From contig NC_043004.1 in NCBI RefSeq assembly GCF_006345805.1, forward strand, positions 13,578,001 to 13,642,000: DNA of 64,000 nt, written 5' to 3'. Made by a program: the position numbers and the translations under genes. This stretch comes from Octopus sinensis. Taxonomy: Eukaryota. Shown here in pieces: positions 36,449 to 51,369 of this stretch. The notes beneath the pieces are model-generated. The model worked only from the letters and a program-made list of their open reading frames with translations, ran no database searches and was not told the origin of the DNA. Position 1 is the stretch's first letter. Each line of letters begins with the position of its first letter.

Positions 36449-36911
36449 CAGTAATCACTAGCCATATCGCGGATTTTTCTGGCTAATATATGTAAATTTA
36501 TATCGCGGACTCTTCAGTATATCGCGGGTTTCTGCTCTCGATAGGTGTTTATATTTATTTAGATTTTATTTCTGTGGTAAAATAAGCATCTTCATGCCTA
36601 AGAAAAAAATTAATAAAATAATAACTGAAAATACAGTACTGCACTGTATAACACCTTAATTAAAATATTTTAAAAGAAAATACTTACAGTACCGTAGATG
36701 AGTAAACAAAGAATCGCATGTACTGTATGGAAAACGAAACTCGGGAGGCGAGTGTGTGATGTTGTTTTGCATTTGTAATAAAAGGAATAAATAAAAATGA
36801 TAGAAATAATTTTAAAAATATATACAGTACAGTACTGTTTCTACTTCACGGATTTTCACTTACTGCGGGGAGTTTTGGAACGTAACCGCCGCGATAGTCG
36901 AGGGATTACTG
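36449..36911. mobile_element. Tigger/pogo-like MITE (463 bp)
   Basis: TA|CAGTAATCACTAGCCATATCGCGG ... CCGCGATAGTCGAGGGATTACTG|TA. Confidence 0.85.
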
Positions 36912-37659
36912 TATTAAAAAAAAAAACGGTGTAAAACGACTTTAGTACTCCGCATTATAAAATGCTTAACTTCCATTCGAACATTCGATGACTCTCTTCT
37001 TTGTTTGGATTTTTAGCATTTTTTTTTCGTCATGTCTTATCTCTCTATCAGATTTTTGAAATATATGTTCAAATCTGTTTAACCAGTATTTGCTGAAAAA
37101 GGAAAAAAAAAACACATTTTGGTTTATGCATAAAAACACGAACAGATATACAAAGATACGTAGATACATAAATATACACACGTATATATATGTATGCGTG
37201 TGTCTGTCTGTACGTTAGTCTCTATGTATGTATATGCTTAAGGCAACTTCTTGGTGTCACATACACTTTAAAAAGATCTGATGCAACTACCTCCTGCACC
37301 TATACATGAATATTGAACCGAAATGTATCATTGATCGATATTTTATATTTTTTCTCATATTTTTCTTTTTTCGTTGAATAAAATACATATATCTGTGCTT
37401 CATCGAAATGGAAGGCATAATCAGGTGTTCACACACACACATGCACACACACACACATATGCACACTCTCACACACACACTCACATACACACGCGCACAG
37501 GCACACACACACACTCATACACACAACATACACACATAAAGCTGTTCATTCATCAGAAGCGATATTCATACATACATATATATATATATAATATATATAT
37601 ATATATATGTTTGTATGCATATATATTTGTATAAGCATATTTATATGTATATATATGTA

Positions 37660-37742
<83 letters not shown>

Positions 37743-37775
37743 GTTAATGTATATGTGCTTATATATACATATATG

Positions 37776-37810
<35 letters not shown>

Positions 37811-38328
37811 GTATATATATAATATATATACGTATATATATGTATATATATATATGCATATATATTTATATCTATGTATGCTTGCATCCACGTGTATGTG
37901 TGTGTGAGTGCATCTATTCATATTTATGTATATTAGTGTTTTATATCAGAGACACAAAAAGAGAAAGAGCGAGAAAGAGAAGGGAAATAATATATTTAAA
38001 AAAAAGCATATACTTACATGCGTGTAACCATATAATTATGCATACATATAAATTATTGTGTTTATAGTTTTTCATGCATATAGTAACCACATGGAAAATG
38101 CAGTCTATTGATGCGAATGTAAGAAATCTGTTCTTTCCTGATATGTAAAGTTGACTAGGTCATTTGAGTTGAATATAAATAGATAGTGCAAGCAAGGCAG
38201 GTTGCACTGAAAGATTCGGTACAGGTTTGTCGATCTGCTATCCTTACAGTACGCTGTGCATTGGAATGCGCACGCGCACGTATGTGTATGACGTGTTTGT
38301 TTGTGAGTGTATGATATTTGTGTGTGTT

Positions 38329-38372
<44 letters not shown>

Positions 38373-39004
38373 GTATGTGTGTATGTATGTATGTATGTAT
38401 GTATATGTATGTATATACATGTTCGTGTGTGTCTGTGTGTCTCAGTGTTTGCACGAGACTATATACGCCTTTTCTGTATATAGTACAACATAAGTTTCTA
38501 TAGAAGAAACTACAATTCTAACGTATGCTCTCTGTTTCGCTGACTGATTCAATTTGCAGATTATATGTTTGGGACCTTGAAAACCTCAAGATTTGAAGAT
38601 TATTGCTTTAACACTCAGTATGCAAACCAAGCAACCGGTGTAATAAAGAAGATTTAACATCGAAACTCTGCTGTCAATAAATCTCTTTCCCACTGATTTT
38701 CAAAAAAAAAAAAATCTTCATATATATATATATCGTTGCTGTAACAAAAATGCTTCCTAACAAAGGAACAAAGCAAAATTGATGAAATTTACAAAATAAT
38801 ACAGATACAAAGTTCCACGTAAAAATACAGAAATGGCTTGAAAATGTTTATAGTTCCGCTTACAGATTATATTTCCAAAGTATATTTAATTCCGTTATTT
38901 CATGTCTTTACCTGAATTCGTGGATACTCTAGCTTGTCGAGTATTCTGGTTAGACAGTTAGTAATCCATATCTGTTTGCGTGTAATTATGCTTGTGTTTG
39001 TTCC

Positions 39005-39190
39005 TCACCATCGCTTGACAACTTGTGGTGGTGTGTTTATGTCCCCGTAACATAGCGGTTCAGCAAAAGAAACCAATCGAATAAGTATTAGGTTTAAATG
39101 TAAATGTGTCCTGGGGTTGACTGTTTTCACTAACACCCTTGAAGTTAATCGCACTGCATGGCCGGAGTCAGTCAAATGACTGTAACTAAC
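39005..39190 (+). mobile_element. SINE family A, 3' half, diverged
   Basis: CATCGCTTGACAAC...GTCCCCGTAAC...GTCAAATGACTG. Confidence 0.7.
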
Positions 39191-39862
39191 ATATATATAT
39201 ACACAATCAAAATAAGTATATCCGCGGTAACGTGGTACGATCGTTTCATGCTACTTCATTTTATTAAACACTGTAAGTATTACATCAGTTTTAAAATGTC
39301 GAACAATCTTCAGCCACTTATAGAAATTTTCCAATTAAACGGACAATGCACATTCTTATCTCTATTTCGTTTGCCAACATTATAAAGAGGGTCGATATAC
39401 AGACAGAGAGGTTGATTTCATTCTTACCAACATGATATTATTAAATTTACTCTCTGACTGTAGATTTTTCATTTTGTTATTTAGATTAGTTAGTGGGGAG
39501 GGAGTTTCTATTTTTGGTTGGATGGAGACAAAGAATTTTTCTATTTATAAATATGGGAAGGGGTAGAAACAAATGTCAAAACCAATAAACCTATTCCTAT
39601 TCTGAGGAACCTAGCCTAGATACATTTGAATGCCCTAAGCAAAAAGCTAGTATGTTGAAGTTAGAGGGGTAGGGGAAGATAGACTATTAGTGTTTCAGAG
39701 GTTTTAATGTCTACTACCATTTGACATCCAGATTCTATATTAAGAAGTTTAAGTAAATATTCGATAGACAATTTCCTAAATGATTTCAGTAAACATTAGT
39801 ATCATATATATGGATAGAAAATATAGAAATCATTTCATATTTATATAAATATATATATATGC

Positions 39863-39941
<79 letters not shown>

Positions 39942-39944
39942 CCA

Positions 39945-40402
39945 ATTCCATTCATATATAATCCTAATTAGCTAGTAAGTGGTGATTATTTTAATGAGTT
40001 AAATTAAAAGAAAATGTTAGGCATAATATTTACTAACCGTGGAAAAAACATTATTAATTTAGTAAATATATTAGGAGTCAATAAGATATATTAAAAAATA
40101 ATGGAAGGGAAGTAATCAAGACGAACCAGGTAATTTCTCTAGATATATAGAAATTATTTGCGATTATTTCATATTTATATATCCCCATTTCCATTAATAT
40201 AGAATCATAATTAGCTAGTAAATGGTGATTTATTTTATTAATGAGTCGAATTAAAAGAATATGTTAGACATAATATTTACTACCCGTTGAGAAGAACTTT
40301 ATCAATTAAGTAAATATATCAGGATTCAATAATATATATTAAAAAGTAATGGAAGGGAGGTAATCAAGATGAACCAAGTAAATTTCCCTAGATATATAGA
40401 AT
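39945..40402. repeat. Diverged tandem duplication, period about 245 bp
   Basis: TAATTAGCTAGTAA..ATAATATTTACTA..TAATGGAAGGGA.GTAATCAAGA.GAACCA..CTAGATATATAGAA occurs twice. Confidence 0.8.
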
Positions 40403-40738
40403 TTTTTCTTTCCAATATAGCAGAGTATCAAAAAAAAGAAAAAAGAAATTTTAATTTCATATATTCAGATTTATATATATATAATGAAATTTCTAAGTAA
40501 TCTATGCAGGTGGAATAAAAGCTAGTATGGTATATTAATTTTTATTTGGTTATAAAATATTAGGATTTTAAAATTAAGGAAACGATCGTACCACATCACT
40601 TCGGATATACTTGTTGCTTATTTTGATTATAATCACCCCACGGATTTATATGGATAATACCATACAAAATTCAGGTGCATTTGACTTAAGTACCATATTC
40701 ATCTGAATCTAAATTTTGCTGAACTATATATATACATT

Positions 40739-40794
<56 letters not shown>

Positions 40795-40830
40795 TATATA
40801 GACACACACATATATATGTATATATGTATG

Positions 40831-40878
<48 letters not shown>

Positions 40879-40884
40879 TGTGTG

Positions 40885-41200
40885 TGACCTTCCTTGTTTG
40901 TTTTCGTTCGGTTTCTTTGTATCTCTCCACTATCCTGTTTTTGCTCCCAACATTGACCCTCCATAAAATCCAAATTCTATTTTGGAAGTTATGGGAACAA
41001 CTGTCTTCGAAGAGTCATATTGTCGTTGAATGCTCGACATGAGGAGTAGATACACAGCCGATAAATGCTGAAGGGTCATTCTTTGTGTTACTTGTCCTGA
41101 TTTCAATATTTTTTCTTTCGTTGTTTGTGTATTGAACTCGCTTGTTTTCGTACTTCATGTTGTATTCAGTCGGTGATGTCCTGTACCCATATATTTGCAA
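40885..41200 (-). repeat. Unclassified dispersed repeat, 3 copies (also about 41545-41835 minus and about 53630-53880 plus)
   Basis: Shared CAGGACAAGTAACACAAA, GAGCATTCA, TATGGAGGGT and GAAACCGAACGAAAA blocks. Confidence 0.75.
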
Positions 41201-41393
41201 TTTATATTATTTTATTGAACGCCCAGCATCCGCTTCCAAGTAAGTTTATCATAACCTTTTTGATGTGACTCTACTCTATACTGTTTTCTCCCCATCCTTC
41301 TCAAATTCTCTTTTCCTCCCCTTCACCGTTTTATATTTGTCTCTCTCTCCCCCCTTCTCTTTTCTCTCTCTCTGTCTCTCTGTCTGTCTGTCC

Positions 41394-41424
<31 letters not shown>

Positions 41425-41839
41425 GTCTTTCTTTTCCTACGCAACGTTCTAAGGACTGGACGTCTTCTATCGACGTCATCTATCTTTTCTCTTTTCAGAG
41501 GAAATATTTCTTCCAGCGTTCACTATTTCCCCCTCGTTCTGGTCTAAAGACCTTCCATGTTTGTTTTCGTTCGATTTCCTTGTATGTCTCCCCTGTCCTG
41601 CTTTTGTTCCCTAACTTAACCCTCCATAAAATTCAAAATATATTTTGTAAGTTATAGGAGCAACTGAATGCTCGAAATGAGGGGTAGATGTACAGCCGAC
41701 AACTGATGATTGTTAGTTCTTTGTGTTACTTGTCCTGTTTTCAATTTTTGCTCTCTCGTTGTTATATAGTATCTAACTCGCTTCTTTTCGTACTTCATGT
41801 TGTTTATAGTTGGTGACGTCCTGTACCCGTATATTTATA

Positions 41840-42113
41840 CGGTTACGACGACGAGGGTCCTAGCTGATACGATCAACGGAACAGCTTGCTCGTAAAATTA
41901 ACGTGCAAGTGTCTGAGCACTCCACAGACACGTGTTCTCAGGGTGGTTCAGCGTGATACAGAGTGTGACAAGACTGGCCCTTTGAAATACAGGTACTACT
42001 CGTTTTCGTCAGCTGAGTGGACTGGAGAAACGTGAAATAGAGTGTCTTGCTCAAGAACACACGACCTTATGAGCGTGAGCGGAATGCCGCAACCACTAAG
42101 CCACACACCTTCA
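41840..42113 (-). mobile_element. Chimeric SINE: family D head and central domain with family C 3' half
   Basis: The reverse complement reads TGAAGGTGTGTGGCTTAGTGG..TGTGTTCTTGAGCAAGACACT..CACTCAGCTG, then TACCTGTATTTCAAAGGGCC..CACGTGTCTGTGGAGTGCTCAG..GCTGTTCCGTTGAT as in 15610-15790. Confidence 0.8.
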
Positions 42114-42606
42114 CACACACACACACACATATATATATTTATATATATATGCATGTACAATGATAGTTAAGACATACGTGTAAATGGGTGGGAAGATATT
42201 TAGCTGTGGAAATAGTCAAACTGTTCTATGAATAACGTCATCGGATCGTTGGATGCATGCATTTCTGCGTTGTCACGCCTCCTGTACCACGGATACAGAA
42301 CTTAACGGTTCCCAGCCCTGTTGGGAAGATTGTTACGATATATACAATACGAAAATAATAAATTTGTTGACTTGTAGGACTTCGTCAAGCTGGATTCAAC
42401 TAAACAGAGTCGCACAAAAGCAAAGCAGTTTTGAACAGAATGTATAACTGTACAATGATATTTAGCACCTTCGTGTGCACTCGAAAATGAGAAGACCTCT
42501 CACTGCGGAAATGGTTTCGGGGATAAATCTTACCTCTTAGACAACATGTATGAAAATACATTTGACTAGGAATGGCATCCTCGAGTTGTGGGCTTATGAT
42601 TTATTG

Positions 42607-42636
42607 CTGACGATACGTAAAACGTAGAAATGCATT
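42607..42636 (+). ncRNA. Hammerhead-like core lacking stem I
   Basis: CUGACGA-UACG UAAAA CGUA-GAAA-UGCA-UU. Stem II is perfect and stem III is the palindrome AUGCAU, but the flanks do not pair. Confidence 0.35.
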
Positions 42637-42793
42637 TATCCTGTCACATAGCTGATCAACAGTTCGGATGTACTATCCACATGGTACGTAATTACTAAAG
42701 AATGATGGGCTTGATCGCTAATGGACTTTAAAATGTTCTGTTTAGCCTTCCTGTAGTTTTGATACTCTCTTTTAGAGATAAAGTTATCATATA

Positions 42794-43201
42794 GGCTCAG
42801 GAGTGGCTGTGTGGTAAGTAACTTGATTACCAACCACATGGTTCCGGGTTCAGTCCCACTGCGTGGCACCTTGGGCAAGTGTCTTCTACTATAGCCTCGG
42901 GCCGACCAAAGCCTTGTGAGTGGATTTGGTAGACGGAAACTTAAAGAAGCCCGTCGTATATATGTATATATATATATATATATGCGTGTGTGTGTTTGTG
43001 TGTCTGTGTTTGTCCCCCTAGCATTGCTTGACAACCGATGCTGGTGTGTTTATGTCCCCGTTACTTAGCGGTTCGGCAAAAGAGACTGATAGAATAAGTA
43101 CTGGGCTTACAAAAGAATAAGTCCCGGGGTCGAGTTGCTCGATTAAAAGCTGTGCTACAGCATAGCCGCAGTCAAATGACTGAAACAAGTAAAAGAGTAA
43201 A
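42794..43201 (+). mobile_element. SINE family A, full length, young
   Basis: Colinear and near-identical to the consensus of the other copies. Confidence 0.92.
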
Positions 43202-44149
43202 AGGGAGTATGCGTTTTGGAGTCTTTGAAATATATTTCTATCTTTGTCCGTTTCTAAATGTAACTGCTAAGAAACTTTTACTTGTTTTTTTAAATTATCT
43301 GATTTCACACTAACCTTATGTATTGTAGCTGGTAATATTACTATTATTATTGATATTGTTGTTGTTGTGACTGTTATTGTAGTTTCCATTCAACCTACGT
43401 CACCTTGTCTCCTTGAGTTTTCCATTTTCCTTTTCTCTCCTCCACTCACACGTGCGCGCGTGGACACGTACACACATACATATATATTGAATGTAATTAA
43501 CTTCGCGGGAGTATATGCTAGGGCAAGCATTTCTCCAAGATACATACTTTTCGCTGCAAACGTTGAAGAGGTGTGTCGACTAATTTACATCTGGCTAATT
43601 GGCTCGCGCAAAATTATCGGCCGTTTTCCTGAAACACGTCTGTGTTTTATAAAGATTAAAATACAAATTTTCTATATTTATCATTACTATAACGCCTTGA
43701 ATTCTACCTGCTAGTTTATCTGAAGCTTAGCTGCCTTCATCTAACCGCGTTTTACTATTAACGTGTTTTACTATTAAGCGCACCCCTTTACTACGCTATA
43801 TGTGTGTGTAAGGGCGTATGTGTATGTGTTTCTCTTCATGATTGAAGGTCTAGAGTATATTTATAACTTGATTGTCAACCTGATAAGAGACGCATGTAAT
43901 TTTTGCATTACTTAGCGCAAATATTCAGCCGTTTTAATCAGGAAACAGGAGCACGAACGGTAGTATGTAGATACTTATATCAGTAGCTATAACGTACATG
44001 TATTATGCATATATAATTGTATGTGTACATATGTCTTCCCTTGGAAATTTTCCTCTAATGAAGGCCGTCGTTTGTAATTGAAAAATAAAACACTTCTAAT
44101 CACTGAAATTTGGATAACGACAACGATGAATGTTGCATCTTGAACTTTA

Positions 44150-45250
44150 TGAAATTCTTGCATATCTTTACCGTTCGGCAAACATATTGTATTCGTAAAG
44201 TGAGCGCTATGTGGTTATTTCTTTCGCCTGAGAATCCTGCCTTTACTAGATTGTCATTTAGATATTCACTAAGATAGGAAAGTGCACCAATGAGGATTGG
44301 TATAAGAATTCACCATCAAAATAGACTAACTGCAGGTTTTGCCGCAGTTTTTCATAAGTATTCATGTTTTCACTGATTTTGGAAGAAATTTTCCCATCTG
44401 CATAGCAACTGATTTCAATTCCTTTGCGGGATGTTACTTTTCCGTTCCCAATGATATCCGTCGTAATATATTTGCACTTCATAGAAATTTTCTTGGGAAT
44501 ATTCCACTGATACTGCATACATTTACATGATTCTGTTCAATAACAGCGGCATAGCTTATATCAATTGAAGGACAATCTTTTCTACAGGTGGTATTGTTTA
44601 TTTGTTTAGAAACATCTCTGCATCGTAATGGAGGGTAGTATCTTACTGAAATTTTGAGGTTGCTGCTGATAAAATGTAATGTATTTTCCAAAAGCCTAAT
44701 ATAAATGAAACTGTAAATTGACATTTATATTTGCTTCCCGAGGTTTTAAGAGAGGAAATATCTCTTTTCTCCATTCGACATTGCGAAGCTATCTCCCGCT
44801 GTCAGAATTCAAGAGCATAAATGTCAAAATGTGATGGGATGTAATGGTCACAATTGCAAGAGTGGCTATTCTTCATATTCATATGACGGGAAATACCCAG
44901 ACATAACTTTTTCAGGTTTTGCTGAGGTCAACTGAGCCTGAGGTTTCGTATTCGCATGGAAGTTCATTAAGAAATGTTTGTTTCTTGAGGTGTTCTCAAC
45001 TGGCCTATAAGTTGAGAACTTGATAGATGTATTCATTCTTGCGTTTGTTGTTTAGCAGGTGATATCTCAACAATACCATTCAATGTTCAAAGGAGGCCTA
45101 AATGATCTAAAGCCTTTCCTTTTCCCCTTCATTCTGAGACAGTTTGCAAGTATTATTTCCCCGGAAATTTGGTTTTAGTGTCGGAATTTTGATGCCTGAT
45201 TTCCGCTATAGAACAGTCTCGTTTCCTAAATATTAGTACTGAAAATGTAT
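44150..45250 (-). mobile_element. Degraded LINE (L1/Tx1-like) reverse transcriptase fragment
   Basis: Minus-strand motifs occur in the expected order: TYRPV (YRPI-like), RKDCPS..YAAVIEQ (RQGCPLS-like), ISCYADG (YADD-like). There are many stops and frameshifts. Confidence 0.5.
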
Positions 45251-46117
45251 GATTTAATGTATGATATGGTCTTATTTTAAGAGGAAATCTTTGACTGTTT
45301 TTTATATGTTTTTATTTTGATCTTGCATAGTATTTGTTTTTCTTCATTTGCTCAAAGCACCATTATGTGGAAGATAGAGAGACCCTTGATGCGAAGGGTG
45401 CGTTTTTCCGCGTTTAAATGTCAAATTTGAACACTGGCTTTGACCAAATTCCATCCCTGTATTAAGTGTAACTGTTGTTACTAAATCCAACTGTTTCTCA
45501 ACATCATAAATATCTTAAGTATATAATTTTAGATAATCCATAAAGAAATTATGTATTATATCGGTGCCTTTTGCTCACGTAAAACTTAGCACAAAAGCAT
45601 TGGAATTTCGTAAATGAAATGCCAGTGACTTTAATACTAAAATAAACAAGAAGACACAGACTATTTCTTATGGAATTATCTATTTGAAATATTTATAACA
45701 TCGAAGACAATCAGTCTACTTTGAGTTACATTGTAAAGATTCTTAAACTTAGTGAGTTATCTAGCTGACGCTAGATAACTCACTAGTACTTCTACTAACA
45801 TCAATGACTTTGGCACTCATCAAAAATATCACTATTTGTTGGTCTTAATTTTATCAATGTCACCTATAATTTTGTAAGTAAAATTTCATATGGTGAAAAT
45901 ATTTTAAGATCCGATTTGAATGACTAAGTTGGTGAGAAAAAGGTTTTTTTTACCTTTAGCATAATTGAAGAATAAGAAACTACTCACTGATCTAGGCCTA
46001 GGTGGGCATAATTGAAACGAAAAGTATTCAAAATCATTTTTTCCTCGATGCTCTGCACCTGCAAGCCTATTTTTGGCGTCATATATGTATTACTTATTTA
46101 TATTGTATGCAAGCTTG

Positions 46118-46430
46118 CATGTATGTATGTATGTATGTATGTATGTATGTATGTATGTATGTATGTATGTATGTATGTATGTATGTATGTATGTATGCAT
46201 GTATGTATGTATGAATGTATGTATGTAAGTAAGTATGAATGTATGTATGTATGTATGATGTATGTATGTATGAATGTAATTATGTATGTATGAATGTATG
46301 TATGTATGTATATATGTATGTATGTATGCGTGTATGTATGTGTGTTTGTATGTATGCATATTTGTATGTATGTATGTATATATTTATGTATATATGTATG
46401 TGTGCATGTATGCATGTATGTTTATTATGT
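46118..46430. repeat. (TATG)n microsatellite
   Basis: Direct reading; also 13930-14040 and 52590-52680. Confidence 0.95.
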
Positions 46431-47662
46431 ATATATGCTTGTTCTGTTTGTATGTGCGTATGTGTGTGTGCGCATGTGCGTGTGAGTTTGTGTGTGTGTT
46501 TCTGGTTTTATTTTCCAAACACATCTGTAATGGTGAAAGATTCGGGTTCTAGCCCAGATAATTTCACATTCCCTGGTTTCGGAAAGCTCAGGTCCTAAAG
46601 ACCGATGTCGATGCAGATTGCTGTGAATACATCTATTCCAATAATCATAGGTATAAATCAAATGAAAGAGTTTGAGTAGACTGACTACAGATTCGTTCTT
46701 CAAAGGTATTCTATTTTCACTAACCTTTAACACTATTTAAATAACTGTAATCCAACTAACTACTCTTATTATGCATAATTTCTCTCTCCTTTCTATGGTA
46801 TATTATGCTTGCATTTTAATGAGGTCCTTTCAAGAGCATTCCATCAGTCTCCTTTCATATAAGAAAGGATTGTTCTCACCACACCGTGCTGCAGCTTCTA
46901 TTTGTATCCTCCGGAATATCTGTTCTATGGATTTAATCGTAAATTTGTTCCCCATATGACTAGGTAATATTGTGATGACATTTCGAAGAATTTCGTATGA
47001 TGTGGATGATATTCTTAGTATTATTAATTCTTCAGAGTCTGCATCGGTTGTTATATGTATGCGATTTACCTGAATTGCTATCCAGGCTCTGCATCAGGTG
47101 CTTTGTTGATATTTTTTGCTAAGCATAACATTCAAAGTAAAAGCTAATATCCCGACTATTGGTTTGCGATAGACTCCTTGGTTTATCTATGGTGCTACTG
47201 CTGCAAAGTTCCCTCGTAATCGTAATATAGCTATACATGCCTTTTGCTGATGTATACACAGACCAAATGACGATTATGTGTGGCGATAAATTTGTAGAAC
47301 TTCTCTGGATGTGTATTCCTGATTATCAGGTGAGAAAATACCTGGTGGTCTACTGGCGCAAATCAGCCCATGTCGTTGACTGTATTTAATTAATGCTATA
47401 ATTTTAATAAGGTCTGTCTCGAGTTGCCTCTCTTAGGTATTTCCCAGTAATAATTGCTAAAGAGCTTGAAACATCGATGTCTGAGTATATATTGATAGAT
47501 GGCAACACTGGACAGATATGGGGTTTTTACACCTTTTTACCATAAGGGAGAATTTTCTTCGCGATAACTGCAGGGAATTTGACTTTTAGCAGTTGAAATA
47601 TGACGCAAACATTTTAAATAACCTGACGATGCATATTGATAGATAGATAGATAGACAGAGAC

Positions 47663-47701
<39 letters not shown>

Positions 47702-48032
47702 TTAATTTACTATTTTATACGCCAAAATACGCCTGGTTAAATTAAAAGACTCTTAACTGAAGTTATTGCAAAATGATAGCTTACATAAATATTAAACCGC
47801 GCACGTTTACAAATAGGTACATGCCATTCAACAAATACACGTACAGATATATTTATGTTTCAATTTAAATAGTCATAGTTAATTATTGAAGCGTCTATAC
47901 ATCTACCTATACATACATGTCTATGCGTGTGTGTATCTGTAAATATATATGTCTGTGGATATGCATATATACACCTATATATGTATATAACTATTCAGTT
48001 ACACACAGACAAACACACACGCATATACATTT

Positions 48033-48138
<106 letters not shown>

Positions 48139-49389
48139 AGAGAATGACACAGAGGGAGAGAGTGGCCGAGAGAGACTACTATATACCTACTAATCTACTA
48201 ATGTAGCTAAATGTATTGTACTCCATTGATCAATAGAAACATAGAGAAACATATATAAATGCATATGTCTGAAATTGTTGCCCGCTGCATGGAAAAGCCA
48301 CCAAGAGATATTACTATTAGACTCAAAAATTGTCTGGTATTTCAAGGAATTTTACACTAGGATATAATTAAATAGAAGTAAATAATGTTAGAGAACATTT
48401 TGGAAGTTCACATAACAATAAAATAATTGTCTATTGTCTGCAGATAAAGTCTAACATGAAACCGAGATGAGACTAGAGAGAACAATGGCAGACGTCAAGG
48501 TTGCAACTCACAAACTGAATTGCCTAGACGCACGATAACTAAGATTATTATATCACGTTTGGAGAAGTAAAAATATATAAAAAGGAAGAAGAAGAAAAAG
48601 AAAATGAAGCGTCTGAATTCGAAACCGTGCTTCAAATTAAGACTTTATAAATAAGATTTCACACATAAAAGAAGTCAAGAAGCCTCAATTGTAAGTTATC
48701 TTTACATATGAAAGGGATGTGACACTCACGTTTCAATGGACATTTCAAACTTGGTCGATTATTTTTAAACGGTTTCGATATTGAAGGAAAGAGTACAACG
48801 AATCTGTAGCTGTTGGTGCTAAATAGGAAATATGTGAAAGTAGAGAAATTTGTTTTAATGCTCCACTGTTATGATTACTTACATTTTTCCTTTTTCTTTT
48901 TCGTTTTGTTTTTACTTTTCATTTTGGTGTTATCGACAAAGTTAGAAGAGATAATAGAGTCACATTGTAAAAGTTCCGAACAACTTATGCGTTTATTAGT
49001 AATTTACTATTAACCATAGCGAGTAGTTTTAACTGCGAATGGTCCACCTTCATTTTAATGTCGTTTTTATGACTACACATTTTCTAGAAAATCTTTTGTT
49101 TTCTCTCATTATTTTATGGTTTGCTTTTTGTTTTATTGTTTGTCTCTGTCTAGATATCACATGAAATGGCTTTTCTGCTATTTTCCACTGCTTTGAACCT
49201 ATGTTATATCCGCCCGTCTCATCACTGAAAGCCATTATATTCGAAATTTTGAATATATATCACCAGGGATATGTAAGTATGTTCATGCATGTATGTCTAT
49301 ATCTATGTATGTAGCTTATGTACGTATATGTTTATATGTATGTATATACATATATAGAGTTACATATGTATATACATAATTATATATAG

Positions 49390-49441
<52 letters not shown>

Positions 49442-49471
49442 GTATACTTACATTTCTATATATATAAATAA

Positions 49472-49541
<70 letters not shown>

Positions 49542-49971
49542 CATACATTAATATATAGACTTATATATGAAAACACCACATGTATATATAGGTGTGTGTA
49601 TGTATCGTCACTTTATGATGATTACTGTTATATCTTTCAACTAGCAACTAACAAGTGTGCCCACATGCGAATGTCTGTATTTATAGGTTATGATTGTAAG
49701 AATGTATATGCGTATATAAACGTATGTGTTTCACTGTCTGCACTTACGAGTAAGCTTGATGTATGTTTACGTCCGTATCTCCAAATATGTAATCTATTTA
49801 ATGTTCGACGATATATATATATATAATACACACACACACACACATACACACATACACACACACACAACCACATATGTATATGTGATCATTTCCGTATTAA
49901 ACCGAAAGGTATTTTTAAAAATGTATTCGCACATGTATGTTATATATAAATGTGTATATCTATGCAAGTAC

Positions 49972-50038
<67 letters not shown>

Positions 50039-50170
50039 CGTGTGTTAGTATACTTATAGGTGTATATATACATATATGCATGGCTATACTTACATACACA
50101 TAAATCCATACAAGTAGATACATAACAAAATGTTATTCTCATGATTATGTGTATGTGTATATAAATATAC

Positions 50171-50213
<43 letters not shown>

Positions 50214-51119
50214 TACATGCGTATACATGTTTGTATAGAAGCTTATGTATATATACATATACATTTATATGTACGTATATATAGTTATATATGTGTATAT
50301 GTGTGTAATAAGTAATGGAGAGTAAGTGGGAGCCCCAGAGAGAGAAAGAGAGAGAGAGAGAGGGGGGGAGATGATATGGCTATCTTAATCAAGAGATTAC
50401 GGAGACCAGTGACACAAGGAAGGAATCAATACGTTCGAATATAGAGATAAAATATTTAGACACGGAGATTTCTGAGTATCGAAATATATTCATTCATGTG
50501 TATGTATGTTTCTATGCATAATATATATTTATGAATATGTATGACATCAAATATGTGTGTGTATTAGTCTTTGTTTGTATGATCAACACACACACACACA
50601 TACACACGCAGATACACTCGCACACACGTACGCACCCAGCACATGCTTGCACATACACACAGACAACAAACACACGTGATGCATGCGTGAATAAAATGAA
50701 ACAAAATCGTTTCATACGATTTTATACAGATATATTCCTTTATACATACATTGAAGGACATAAAATTGATTATATATTTAGAGATACGATCGTGAACATT
50801 CGACAAACTTACTTGTAAGTGCAGACCGAGTCATATGTATATATGTGTACAAAATATCGTAGCGTATACATGCAGGTGTGACTATATGAGCTCTCTCGGA
50901 AAAACATGACTCATGACGTATATATTTGTGTGTGTGTATGTGTCTCTGTGTGCGTGATGGTGGTCTCTCATAGTCCGAGAAAGAAAGAGTTCTTCAATTG
51001 ATTTCTTGCTGTACAAGTTGCACAGAATTTATAATGATCAAAAGTGTGTGCCGTAAGTTAGGTCCTTCCTTCCTCCCATCAAATCGTACCAAATGTCGAA
51101 ATAATCGAAAAACGAGGTG

Positions 51120-51230
51120 GGCCGAAGTGTTTCGCCCAAGAACACAATGCACCACCCTGTGCACGATTTGAAATCATGATCGCGTGATCGTGATTGCAAC
51201 AGCCTAACCACTAGGCCATGACTACTCACT
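51120..51230 (-). mobile_element. Degenerate SINE family D head
   Basis: The reverse complement has ATGGCCTAGTGGTTAGG ... TTGTGTTCTTGGGCGAAACAC. Confidence 0.55.
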
Positions 51231-51369
51231 TTATAGAAGCGTGTGTGTCCGGGATTTTGTTCATGTGTGTGTGTTCGTGTGTGTTTTTGTGTCTGAGTGT
51301 GAGTGTGCATGTGTGTATGTGAGTGTGTGTGCTTATAAGTGTATGTAAGCGATAAAACCTATATAAACT

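Noticed and set aside
38560-38637. Candidate exon (TTTGCAG| ...YMFGTLKTSRFEDYCFNTQ...)
   Set aside because: The donor is weak, I recognise no homology, and there are no supporting neighbouring exons.
41703-41709. Isolated CTGANGA heptamers (also 47623, 53319, 53702, 56127)
   Set aside because: No correctly placed GAAA with a paired stem II; expected by chance.
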